DNA from: a virus
Lineage: Duplodnaviria > Caudoviricetes
Strand: one strand, 5' to 3'
DNA length: 27,299 bases
IMG/VR virus record: IMGVR_UViG_3300036940_000134
Coordinates: 1-27,299 of that record
The notes beneath the pieces were generated by a model, which did no database searches, had not been told where the DNA came from, and worked only from the letters and a program-made list of their open reading frames with translations. The position numbers and the translations under genes were made by a program. Positions 1-7,719 of the stretch are shown piece by piece. Position 1 is the stretch's first letter; each line of letters opens with the position of its first letter.

Positions 1-230
1 GGTTCTAATATACCCCACACTCTAGCATTGACATTTTTTACATATTCAACATCCTTCTCTGGCATATTACTCAATCTTAAATCACTCAGATATGACTTTA
101 CTATATTATGTTTACTAGCTAAAGTTTTAATCAAATCATCTGCATCTTCTGTAGACTTAACCTCTTCTATCAACACTTCAATAGATTTGAGTTGCTCTAT
201 TTCTTCCCTAGATAGTGATAAATCCAACAT
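1..230 (-). CDS. Partial hypothetical protein (5' part; runs off the window edge)
   Basis: ATG at 230 overlaps the TAA of the upstream gene (TAATG), with RBS GAGGTG. The frame MLDLSLSREEIEQLKSIEVLIEE...RVWGILE is open to position 1. Not in the ORF track. Confidence 0.7.
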   Translation of the reverse strand, partial: MLDLSLSREEIEQLKSIEVLIEEVKSTEDADDLIKTLASKHNIVKSYLSDLRLSNMPEKDVEYVKNVNARVWGILE

Positions 231-991
231 TAATTATCACCTCTTAGAGAAGATAGATTCACTTTACCATACTTCTTAACTTCCTCCCCTCCAATTCTAT
301 CATCCTTAATTTCCTTACTCTTACCTAATTCTTTCAAATTAGTACCCATATCTTGCAGTATTTCCTTCTTCATTTTGATAGCTTCTCTTTGCTCTTTAGC
401 AAGCCTTTGCATTATACTAGTCTTGTCTTTCAATGCAATCCTTCTATCCTGTGCATTAATTACATCTGCCATAAGTGAATCCAAGTATGCTAATTGTGTA
501 TCAATTCTGAATAAATTATATTCATAGTCTTGCTTGATTTCCATAGATACCTTTGCCATTTCATTTTTCACTCTTATGAGAATTTCTTCACGAATATCTC
601 TAGGAGCTTTTTCCATTACCATATCAATACTATCCTGTATGGATGTAGCAAAGGATTGTTCATATTCCTTAATCTCATCAAGCTCTAGCTCTGCCGACAA
701 GCCATTCTCAATCATTCTCCTAGCTAATATATTACTACGTATTCTCTCGTGTGCCATTTCCCTTCTGAGAGCTTCTTCCACATGCCATTGATATACTAGA
801 TTGTGTACTAACTTTTCCTTTGATACCGCTTGATAATTGATACCTCTCAGCCCATTGATAGTGAGTGGATTGTCGGGTTGTTGATAAATAATTAGTGGCG
901 CAATATTACTTTCGGGAACTTCATCTTTGCTAAGATAAAATTTCTGATATTTTCTTTCTGATGCTTTACTTCTACTTAGTTTACTAGCCAT
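230..991 (-). CDS. Hypothetical helical phage protein (possibly terminase small subunit-like, unproven)
   Basis: 264-aa ORF. The strong RBS AAAGGAGG favours ATG 991 (MASKLSR...). Charged, helical, translationally coupled to the next gene. No diagnostic motif. Confidence 0.65.
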   Translation of the reverse strand: MASKLSRSKASERKYQKFYLSKDEVPESNIAPLIIYQQPDNPLTINGLRGINYQAVSKEKLVHNLVYQWHVEEALRREMAHERIRSNILARRMIENGLSAELELDEIKEYEQSFATSIQDSIDMVMEKAPRDIREEILIRVKNEMAKVSMEIKQDYEYNLFRIDTQLAYLDSLMADVINAQDRRIALKDKTSIMQRLAKEQREAIKMKKEILQDMGTNLKELGKSKEIKDDRIGGEEVKKYGKVNLSSLRGDN

Positions 992-1032
992 ATATCCTCC
1001 TTTAGTTCTTGTTAATAATTTCACATTTTTTT

Positions 1033-1065
1033 AAATAAAAATAGCCGAGCAATAAACTCGACCAT
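1033..1065 (-). terminator. Rho-independent terminator
   Basis: Minus strand ATGGTCGAGT-TTATT-GCTCGGCTAT forms a 10-bp stem with G-U pairs, followed by TTTTATTT. Confidence 0.65.
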
Positions 1066-1268
1066 TGCTTTAATATTTAGTTATTAATATTCTGCATATT
1101 TTGCTAATCCCAAGTCTATCATTTGTTGATTCAATTGGGTAGCTAGAATATATAAATCCTTTTACGCTAGCTACCCCAAGCGATTTAAAAAGGATATATG
1201 AAAAAGAGAGATGAGGAGTCAACTCAGTCGACTCACATATATAGATACCGATTCAGTAGTGACAAAAC

Positions 1269-3770
1269 TCAATCCCTCAAATATTGTATAATATCATCAT
1301 TTAAATACAGATTTGTCTTTGACCTAGTGAGTGCTACATATAGTAAATTCAATTCTTCTCTATGGCTTTCAAGGTGCTTCATAGCATTTTCTAAATCACC
1401 ACTATATGCCATAGATGTAATAGCCTCCTTTAACTCACATAGGTTAATTAAATCTTTTTCTAATACCACACCCTCTCCCATAATAGTCAAGCCTTTAGAC
1501 TTATGAGCTGTGGTGAGTATTATATCTGCCTCACTCATTTTATTAACAGTATATTCTTTAATTCTCTCCACGCCATCGGGTATTCTCTTGTTATAAGTTT
1601 TAACAATGCTAATTAAAGTGTTAAGCTCAACATCATCCGTTTCATCTGCACACTCTACCATCTCCTTCCATGATGAGAATTTGGATAGCATTGGCTCTTT
1701 TGTTTTTCCTGTCACCATAAAATAATATGCCGATCTATATAAATCTAATTTGTACCCTCTAATACCGCCTATGAAATAGATTCTACGACCTCTCTCAGCC
1801 GATTCTAGAGCATTTGCAAGCACAGTTGAGTTTCTCCTACAGATGACTGTTATACCACTCTTAGAATGGATGTCAAGGCTTTTGTGAGAGTATATGTTAT
1901 GATTTTTATTTAAACCTTTCATATCTAAATCCTCGTTGAGAAATTCTTTGTAGATATAGTTACATATTTCAGCAGTTCTCTGTCCAACTCTAAACGAATT
2001 AGACAAAGCATATCTGACACCTTCAATCCTGTTGAGGGCGTTCTTTGCGCCATTCCAAGAATAAATCTGTTGGCGAGAATCCCCTAAACATAACTTTTGT
2101 TCACATGTAGCATTATTGAATAATTCTATCGGGATCCTACCCGAATCTTGGCAGTTATGAGTTATTATTCCAGTAGAATTATATGATATAGATGACATAA
2201 AATTATGATTACCTTCTACCTCTATATCATAAACATCTTCTTTTCCAACATATTCAATACAAGTTATAACATTGCCACCATACTTTTTAAATTCACAATT
2301 CCATTCATATGGATTTGTATAATACGGATTTTTATATTCTAAATCCTTGTGCATATACTTAGCTGTTAATTTTAATAACTTTTTCGTATTTTCCTTATTA
2401 AATGTTAATTCATAATATTCCCTACTTTTTCTAATACTACATTCTAACCCAAAATTATCAAATAATATTTGCTGTAATATTTCATTCTCTTCTTTAGTGA
2501 AATTATTAGAATGTATTACAGCGTGAGTTTTTCTTGTGTTTATACTACCATCATCCATATACCATATAGCCAAAGCTCTTTCATCCATATCTCTAATACA
2601 ATCATCAATATTTTTATCTAATATGAATGTGTTTGAATTGCCAGATTGCCATATGCTCATCTTTCCAGTATATCCACTTTTTATATTTCCTATTTTATCA
2701 ATACCAAAAACTTTTGATTTCATTTCTAGATATTCTTTTTGCTTTTCTCCTTGTGTGAATTTTATTCTATATGTATTATATTTGCTCCTCTTATTTAAAT
2801 GTCCATCACCTAAATAAGAACCTATCATCATTTGATATTGATCGTCATTTAATATCATTTTAGTTTTCTGTTTTTCGGGTGAATCTAATAATATAATATC
2901 TTCTCCAACAATTAAATCCTGTAGTTTCACATATCCCCTAGTAGTTAAAACAGGATGGTTAGCCGTACATATTATTTTATTTAAACCCTCAGTTTTTAAT
3001 AAAAACACATCTCTATTTTTACTTTCCATAGCATATGTCATTTTTTTATATTCGTAATCTTCTTTTTCTAAATTAAAGCTTTTAATAAGTGGCAATTCTT
3101 CTTCTTTTATATACATTTCATATAATCTTTTTATTCTATAATCGCCTTTATTTGTCTTAACACAATGCTTTCCAGTAATACACTCATCTAATGTCACTAT
3201 TTCATATTCCTCCCCTAAATCGGGCTTTGATAATTGATACAATTTAAGATAAAAATTATGCTCAATTCCTACACCGCTATTTATATCTTCTTTTTTCTTC
3301 CATAATTTATTAACATACTTTATTAAATTCCGCCTAAATGGAATGTCGTGAGGATATCTAACCTCAATACACTCTTCTATCGTAATAAAGTCTGATATGA
3401 TATAAAAATTATACATATCTAATATTTGACTAGCAAACTCAAAATCCTTCTTACCTAGTCTTAAATCTTTTATAACATCCGCTACCCTATAATTACCTTT
3501 TAGTAATTTATTCTTATATTTATTCCCAAACTTAGCATATGCTAAACCATGTGTGGTTTTAACTGTCACATTAGGAAGATGTTTAAAATCACGTTCAGCC
3601 TCCTTTTTCATGCTAGAATTAAATACACAATATAATATTTTTTTATCTTTTCTTTTTTCTGCGAAGCCAACGGCAGTCATGCTCTTGCCCGATCCAGCAG
3701 TAGCCTCTCCGATTATAACAGGTTCATTGCTATTTATTATTGCCAATTGTTCATCAGTATACTTATTCAT
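1269..3770 (-). CDS. UvrD/Rep-like SF1 DNA helicase containing an intein
   Basis: Motif I ATAGSGKS, Ia-like YCVFN, TTHGLAY, motif II LDE|CQD split by the intein, GDSRQQIYSW, LSNSFR, TAHKSKGL, LLYVALTRSK. ATG 3770 follows AGGGGTGG (the track start is GTG 3776). About 490 aa after splicing. Confidence 0.92.
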   Translation of the reverse strand: MNKYTDEQLAIINSNEPVIIGEATAGSGKSMTAVGFAEKRKDKKILYCVFNSSMKKEAERDFKHLPNVTVKTTHGLAYAKFGNKYKNKLLKGNYRVADVIKDLRLGKKDFEFASQILDMYNFYIISDFITIEECIEVRYPHDIPFRRNLIKYVNKLWKKKEDINSGVGIEHNFYLKLYQLSKPDLGEEYEIVTLDECITGKHCVKTNKGDYRIKRLYEMYIKEEELPLIKSFNLEKEDYEYKKMTYAMESKNRDVFLLKTEGLNKIICTANHPVLTTRGYVKLQDLIVGEDIILLDSPEKQKTKMILNDDQYQMMIGSYLGDGHLNKRSKYNTYRIKFTQGEKQKEYLEMKSKVFGIDKIGNIKSGYTGKMSIWQSGNSNTFILDKNIDDCIRDMDERALAIWYMDDGSINTRKTHAVIHSNNFTKEENEILQQILFDNFGLECSIRKSREYYELTFNKENTKKLLKLTAKYMHKDLEYKNPYYTNPYEWNCEFKKYGGNVITCIEYVGKEDVYDIEVEGNHNFMSSISYNSTGIITHNCQDSGRIPIELFNNATCEQKLCLGDSRQQIYSWNGAKNALNRIEGVRYALSNSFRVGQRTAEICNYIYKEFLNEDLDMKGLNKNHNIYSHKSLDIHSKSGITVICRRNSTVLANALESAERGRRIYFIGGIRGYKLDLYRSAYYFMVTGKTKEPMLSKFSSWKEMVECADETDDVELNTLISIVKTYNKRIPDGVERIKEYTVNKMSEADIILTTAHKSKGLTIMGEGVVLEKDLINLCELKEAITSMAYSGDLENAMKHLESHREELNLLYVALTRSKTNLYLNDDIIQYLRD
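2154..3182 (-). mobile_element. Class 1 intein with LAGLIDADG homing endonuclease (343 aa) in helicase motif II
   Basis: Starts CITG, block B CTANHP, LAGLIDADG-like GSYLGDG and AIWYMDDG, block F VYDIEV, ends ITHN followed by Cys+1. Removal restores LDECQD. Confidence 0.93.
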
Positions 3771-3782
3771 ACCCACCCCTAT

Positions 3783-3889
3783 TTAATGATTATATCTTTC
3801 ATCATTATATTTATCATATATTAATTCAGCATAAGCCTCTTTAGAGTGATAATCTACAATCACAAAAGCACATCCAAAAGTTACACTGT
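3783..3889 (-). pseudogene. 3' half of a small ORF interrupted by the IS200/IS605 element
   Basis: Joins in frame with 6074-6134 to give MKFKKPKLKDRKYKKKFAFLHSVTFGCAFVIVDYHSKEAYAELIYDKYNDERYNH* (55 aa). Confidence 0.75.
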
Positions 3890-4105
3890 CTGATACTCCC
3901 ACGCCTAAAGGCATGGGGTTCTTAGATACATTAACTTCTTTTATACTCTCAATATAAGACTCACACTATATACAATATATAATTGCTTACGCCTACAACA
4001 TATAAAAACTAATTAATTTCTCTAAGACTTTCACTACCAATTGTCACAATTGACAAATTAACGATAGTATAAGGCTCATATCAAAACCTTTTATATTTTC
4101 ATTTC
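3870..4105 (-). ncRNA. Putative TnpB omegaRNA (right-end scaffold plus flanking guide ACAGTGTAACTTTTGGATGT)
   Basis: About 215 nt of non-coding sequence between the tnpB stop and the TCAG end, with hairpins (4039-4059, 3898-3917). Position matches the established omegaRNA architecture. The 5' boundary is unknown. Confidence 0.65.
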
Positions 4106-5554
4106 TTACATTCCCATACTTGATATTAATTTACTTCCATTGTTTCTAATATTAATTATTTCTTTATCATGCATTTCTTTGAACTTATCAAAATCTTTAA
4201 TCATACTATCTCTATCAATTTTATCTAATTTCTTACCAATGACATTTTGAATTATATAAGATGAATATAAATCTCTTTGTATTTTAAAATCTCCAAAATT
4301 ATTCCATCTTTCAGATAATTTCTTTTTAATATATTTGTCTTCTATATGATTATATTGACTTGCTTTTACTTTAAAAGTATCTATTTTATATAATTGAGTA
4401 TCATTCCACTTCAATTTATTATCCAATATAGTTAAAAACATAGAAGGTGCTTTATTTGCTAATGATTTTCCAAAACGTTTCTTTTTGTTAAACTTACCTT
4501 TTTTATTAATAGTAGTTTTTTTAGATCTTTTTTGAAGTCCTTTATAATTCATAGTTTCTACTAAAACATTGTCACCTAACGAAAGAATATAGTTTGCTAA
4601 CTTATTATGACTTTGTTTTCTAATATCAGCTTGTTTTCGTTGAATTTCTTTTAATTCATTTTGAGTATTAATATACCTATTAGATTTATGCCATTTTAGT
4701 TTAATACCACGTTCAACAGTTCCATTATCGTTATAATTATTAAGATTATTCGCTCTGCGTTGTCTATCTAGCTTGCGTTGCAATCTACATTTTTCTTTCT
4801 CTATATTATTAATTTCTGGACATAATTCTAAAAGTTTTACATCATATTTACTTGATATTGCAATAGTTTGAGTACCAATGTCAAGACCTACATTTCCAAT
4901 TCCTATGCTATTTTTTATCTCTCCTGTTTCTTCATTTACTTTCATAGGAGGAACACCTTCTAAAACTAGTTGAATATAATATTTATATTTACCTCTAATG
5001 AATTTTCTTACTATTCTACAATATTTGATTTTATCTCTAAGTGCAATTTGTGCGTATTCATCATTCTTTTTTATGATTGCATTTATATCTAATCCATTCC
5101 AGATTAATTTATCTTCTTTAAATTTAATTCCTGTTTTATTAGATTTCCCTTCAACACTATTCATTTCGCCATGTTTTTTAAAATATACCCTATTAGATTG
5201 ATGAAACATTAATTTTTGAAAGGCATTAAAACATCTAGTGGCTATTTTTTGTGATGTGAAACTATCTATATTGCCTTTAAAATGTTTTTGCATTGGTTTG
5301 ACATACTTATGAAGTGAATATTCTGTTAAACCATATTTTTTATTTAATTCGTTAAATTGTTTATTTCTATCTTTACCTTTAACCATTTTTATTACTTTTC
5401 TATATTCTTTAGACTCTCTCATATGATTATATCTTTTATATAATTCACCTAGACAAGAATTATAAATATTTCTACTTATCTCTAACCTTTTATTAAGAAT
5501 GTCTTCTTGATGTTTTTCAGTATCTAATTGAAATGTTAAAATATAATTTGACAA
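4106..5554 (-). CDS. tnpB: RNA-guided endonuclease TnpB (long form, about 482 aa)
   Basis: RuvC I GLDIG, RuvC II LVETM, RuvC III QRDLYS, N-terminal RNIYNSCL helix. TTG 5554 follows RBS AAGGAGGTG (the track start at 5650 overlaps tnpA). Confidence 0.9.
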   Translation of the reverse strand: MSNYILTFQLDTEKHQEDILNKRLEISRNIYNSCLGELYKRYNHMRESKEYRKVIKMVKGKDRNKQFNELNKKYGLTEYSLHKYVKPMQKHFKGNIDSFTSQKIATRCFNAFQKLMFHQSNRVYFKKHGEMNSVEGKSNKTGIKFKEDKLIWNGLDINAIIKKNDEYAQIALRDKIKYCRIVRKFIRGKYKYYIQLVLEGVPPMKVNEETGEIKNSIGIGNVGLDIGTQTIAISSKYDVKLLELCPEINNIEKEKCRLQRKLDRQRRANNLNNYNDNGTVERGIKLKWHKSNRYINTQNELKEIQRKQADIRKQSHNKLANYILSLGDNVLVETMNYKGLQKRSKKTTINKKGKFNKKKRFGKSLANKAPSMFLTILDNKLKWNDTQLYKIDTFKVKASQYNHIEDKYIKKKLSERWNNFGDFKIQRDLYSSYIIQNVIGKKLDKIDRDSMIKDFDKFKEMHDKEIINIRNNGSKLISSMGM

Positions 5555-5576
5555 AATATTCACCTCCTTAGTATCG

Positions 5577-5978
5577 TTAGTATCGTTTTTTTTGATTCTC
5601 CACATATTTTTTAATAGTTTCACTACACACATTGCCCGCCGTAGAAACAAAATAACTTCTAGTCCATAAGCTAGGCATTTTATTTAATTGGTTAAATTCC
5701 TCTCTTAAAACTCTACTTGTCACCCCTTTTATCTTTTGCATAATATCTGATGGGCTTAAAGTTGGAAGACAATTTAAAAACATATGTGTATGATCTTTAT
5801 CACATTCAATTGCTATGACCTCAATTTCCATCTCTTTACATATATAATTGACTAAGAATTTGAATCTGTCTTCTACTTTAGGAATTAAGAATATTTTCCT
5901 TCTATATCTCGGACAAAATACAAAATGATAATTAATTAAGCTTACAGTTGTTTTGGTTGTTCTATAATTATTATTCAT
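5577..5978 (-). CDS. tnpA: IS200/IS605 Y1 (HUH) transposase
   Basis: YHFVFCPRYRRK, HUH motif DHTHMF, KGVTSR, LWTRSYFVSTAG, catalytic Tyr in IKKYVENQK. Confidence 0.96.
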   Translation of the reverse strand: MNNNYRTTKTTVSLINYHFVFCPRYRRKIFLIPKVEDRFKFLVNYICKEMEIEVIAIECDKDHTHMFLNCLPTLSPSDIMQKIKGVTSRVLREEFNQLNKMPSLWTRSYFVSTAGNVCSETIKKYVENQKKRY

Positions 5979-5984
5979 AATACT

Positions 5985-6013
5985 ATTATATCATATACTG
6001 TGTATGTTGTCAA
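5985..6013 (-). promoter_or_regulatory. Consensus sigma70/sigmaA promoter of tnpA (probably leaderless transcript)
   Basis: TTGACA-17 nt-TATAAT with extended TG. Only 6 nt lie between the -10 box and the ATG, with no SD. Confidence 0.75.
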
Positions 6014-6073
6014 GCGTTTTATACACAAAATTTTAAGAGATTATTCAAACATTAATGTGCTTTCGCACGCATT

Positions 6074-6134
6074 GTAAAAATGCAAATTTCTTTTTATATT
6101 TCCTATCTTTGAGTTTAGGTTTTTTAAATTTCAT
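6074..6134 (-). pseudogene. 5' half of the IS-interrupted small ORF
   Basis: ATG 6134 overlaps the upstream TAA and follows AGGTGGG. 20 codons plus 1 nt, ending in the TTAC target. Confidence 0.75.
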
Positions 6135-6391
6135 TACATCCCACCTAATCCTAATCCTATATTAGGCAATGGTATGTTATTTAGATATTCATTATACATA
6201 TCCATAAATTCGTCATATGATATTAACTCACCATTTAAATATATCTTACAATCCTTAACATCTGCATGTAACACAGCTATCTTGTCACCTAAATATATAG
6301 ATGAAATTGTCTCAATAGGTTCATAATCCCTTGCATCAAACTCTCTCACAGCACATGGCACAGCTTTCACCTCTATACTCACTCTTTCCAT
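6134..6391 (-). CDS. Hypothetical phage protein (85 aa)
   Basis: RBS GGAGGGG; tightly packed in the operon. Confidence 0.75.
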   Translation of the reverse strand: MERVSIEVKAVPCAVREFDARDYEPIETISSIYLGDKIAVLHADVKDCKIYLNGELISYDEFMDMYNEYLNNIPLPNIGLGLGGM

Positions 6392-6392
6392 A

Positions 6393-6566
6393 CTACCCCT
6401 CCATTCTATTCAATATTATTTCCTCAACAACATCCAATTCCTTGCTAAGAGATGTGGAATAATTATATTCTAGGTCTGATATTAGTGATTTATACACATT
6501 TAATAAATCTTTATCTTCCCACTTGATATATTCGCCATATATCTTCTTTTGTTTCTTATTCCACAT
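6393..6566 (-). CDS. Hypothetical phage protein (57 aa)
   Basis: MWNKKQKKIYGEYIKWEDKDLL...NRMEG*. Fills the gap exactly, overlaps the upstream gene, and follows GAGGTG. Below the track cutoff. Confidence 0.65.
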   Translation of the reverse strand: MWNKKQKKIYGEYIKWEDKDLLNVYKSLISDLEYNYSTSLSKELDVVEEIILNRMEG

Positions 6567-6843
6567 TTCCCAACACCTCTCTGCACTCCAATATTATATC
6601 ATCCATATCACAATTTGTCCACTCATTTATTGCTATACGTCTAAAATAATCATTGCCTTTTCTAAATATTTCAACTAATTCACCATCATAATACCTATAG
6701 CAAAATACGAAATAGTCGGAATCTTCAAGGTGTTGAATTATATTTTCAACACCCATTTCTGTCATCTTTGATTTGATATCCTTATAATCTAAATTATTTA
6801 AGTAGAGAGTATGCAAGCAAAGGTCTTTTATTTTTCTACTCAT
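6556..6843 (-). CDS. Hypothetical phage protein (95 aa)
   Basis: RBS AGGAGGT; operon context. Confidence 0.75.
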   Translation of the reverse strand: MSRKIKDLCLHTLYLNNLDYKDIKSKMTEMGVENIIQHLEDSDYFVFCYRYYDGELVEIFRKGNDYFRRIAINEWTNCDMDDIILECREVLGNVE

Positions 6844-6851
6844 AATACCTC

Positions 6852-7064
6852 CTACACATTCATATAAATTTCTTTATCTGCAATATCTATGCCCTCTAGT
6901 TGTAATATTTTAATTTTACCATTAGGGCTTATTTCAACTTTCATACCTATCTCATAGCCTAGATATGATAAATTACTAGCACATTCATATCCTAATTCCT
7001 CAGCCTTATCTATTATATCATAATTTTCATCTTTACCTCTGTGAAAATATAATTTTTCTATCAT
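6852..7064 (-). CDS. Hypothetical phage protein (about 70 aa)
   Basis: RBS AAGGAGG before ATG 7064 (MIEKLYFHRG...). Confidence 0.75.
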   Translation of the reverse strand: MIEKLYFHRGKDENYDIIDKAEELGYECASNLSYLGYEIGMKVEISPNGKIKILQLEGIDIADKEIYMNV

Positions 7065-7074
7065 ATAATCCTCC

Positions 7075-7479
7075 TTATATTTCATATCCAAATTTAAACA
7101 TTAATTGGTTATCACCACGAGAATGACTTACCAATAACTCATATATAAACTTATCATATCTATAACCAATTCCACTTTCTAGGAATTTAGAATCATATGA
7201 AAATTCATCATTAAGTGTCAATCCAACTCTGCCAACAGCATAGGCATTTTCTGATAATTCATATCTGCCTACAGTATAGATAGGAAAAGTTCTATTATAA
7301 TTTCTCTCATTAATTTCATTCCACGAAGCTCCTACGTCAATTTTAAGCTTATCTAATTACATAGCTGACTGTTCTATTGACACGCCACCCTCTGAGCTGT
7401 CTGTGTAGTGTGTGAGGACTGTCATAGCTTGTGCATTGATTGATAATGCGATCAAACCTAATAATATTTTATATTTCAT
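7075..7479 (-). pseudogene. Small outer-membrane beta-barrel protein with signal peptide; single in-frame TAA at codon 41
   Basis: RBS GGAGGT. Signal peptide MKYKILLGLIALSINAQA. About 8 amphipathic strands (e.g. PIYTVGRYEL, AYAVGRVGLTL, ESGIGYRY) and a C-terminal beta-signal-like LMFKFGYEI. TAA at 7357-7359 in an otherwise open 135-codon frame. Confidence 0.72.
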
Positions 7480-7560
7480 TTTTTACCTCCCATATTTAAT
7501 TTTAATATTTAATAGATGTTTAATCAATGCTATCATAATTTCCACTCTAGTATAAAATTA

Positions 7561-7719
7561 TTATTCATACTTCTCACCATATCTTTCTTCATGCCTACCT
7601 ATAAGTTTACCTAATTCTTTGCCATCCTTATATCCTTCTGTATAACCTTTAAATCCTCCATGTGATTTGCCAAGCATAAAAGCTGTAAAACAACACATTG
7701 CTAATAATATAAATTCCAT
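7561..7719 (-). CDS. Small membrane-anchored hypothetical protein (52 aa)
   Basis: MEFILLAMCCFTAFMLGK...GYTEGYKDGKELG, with an N-terminal hydrophobic segment and GxxxG repeats. Coupled to the KilA-N stop (TGATG); RBS GGAGG. Confidence 0.65.
   Translation of the reverse strand: MEFILLAMCCFTAFMLGKSHGGFKGYTEGYKDGKELGKLIGRHEERYGEKYE

Larger units (their letters stand above)
3890..6073 (-). mobile_element. IS200/IS605-family insertion sequence (tnpA + tnpB), 2184 bp
   Basis: tnpA and tnpB in tandem. Right end GAAC-CCCATGCCTTTAGGCGTGGG-AGTA-TCAG. Left end follows TTAC (6074-6077), with an AAAG guide at nt 11-14. No target duplication; excision restores an ORF. Confidence 0.9.

Noticed and set aside
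28-791. Plus-strand ORFs 28-279 and 534-791
   Set aside because: Antisense shadows of minus-strand genes; Ser/Ile-rich, no RBS.
1198-1506. 102-aa plus-strand ORF with an SD-like AAGGA
   Set aside because: Mostly antisense to the helicase C-terminus and not protein-like; kept only as part of the RNA-structure observation.
5568-5585. 9-bp tandem duplication TTAGTATCG at the tnpA stop
   Set aside because: Internal to the IS and probably slippage; IS605 elements make no target duplication.
4106-5650. TnpB as a Cas12 effector, or the IS as an IStron
   Set aside because: No CRISPR array or cas1/cas2; tnpA is adjacent; the left end is under 100 nt, leaving no room for a group I intron.
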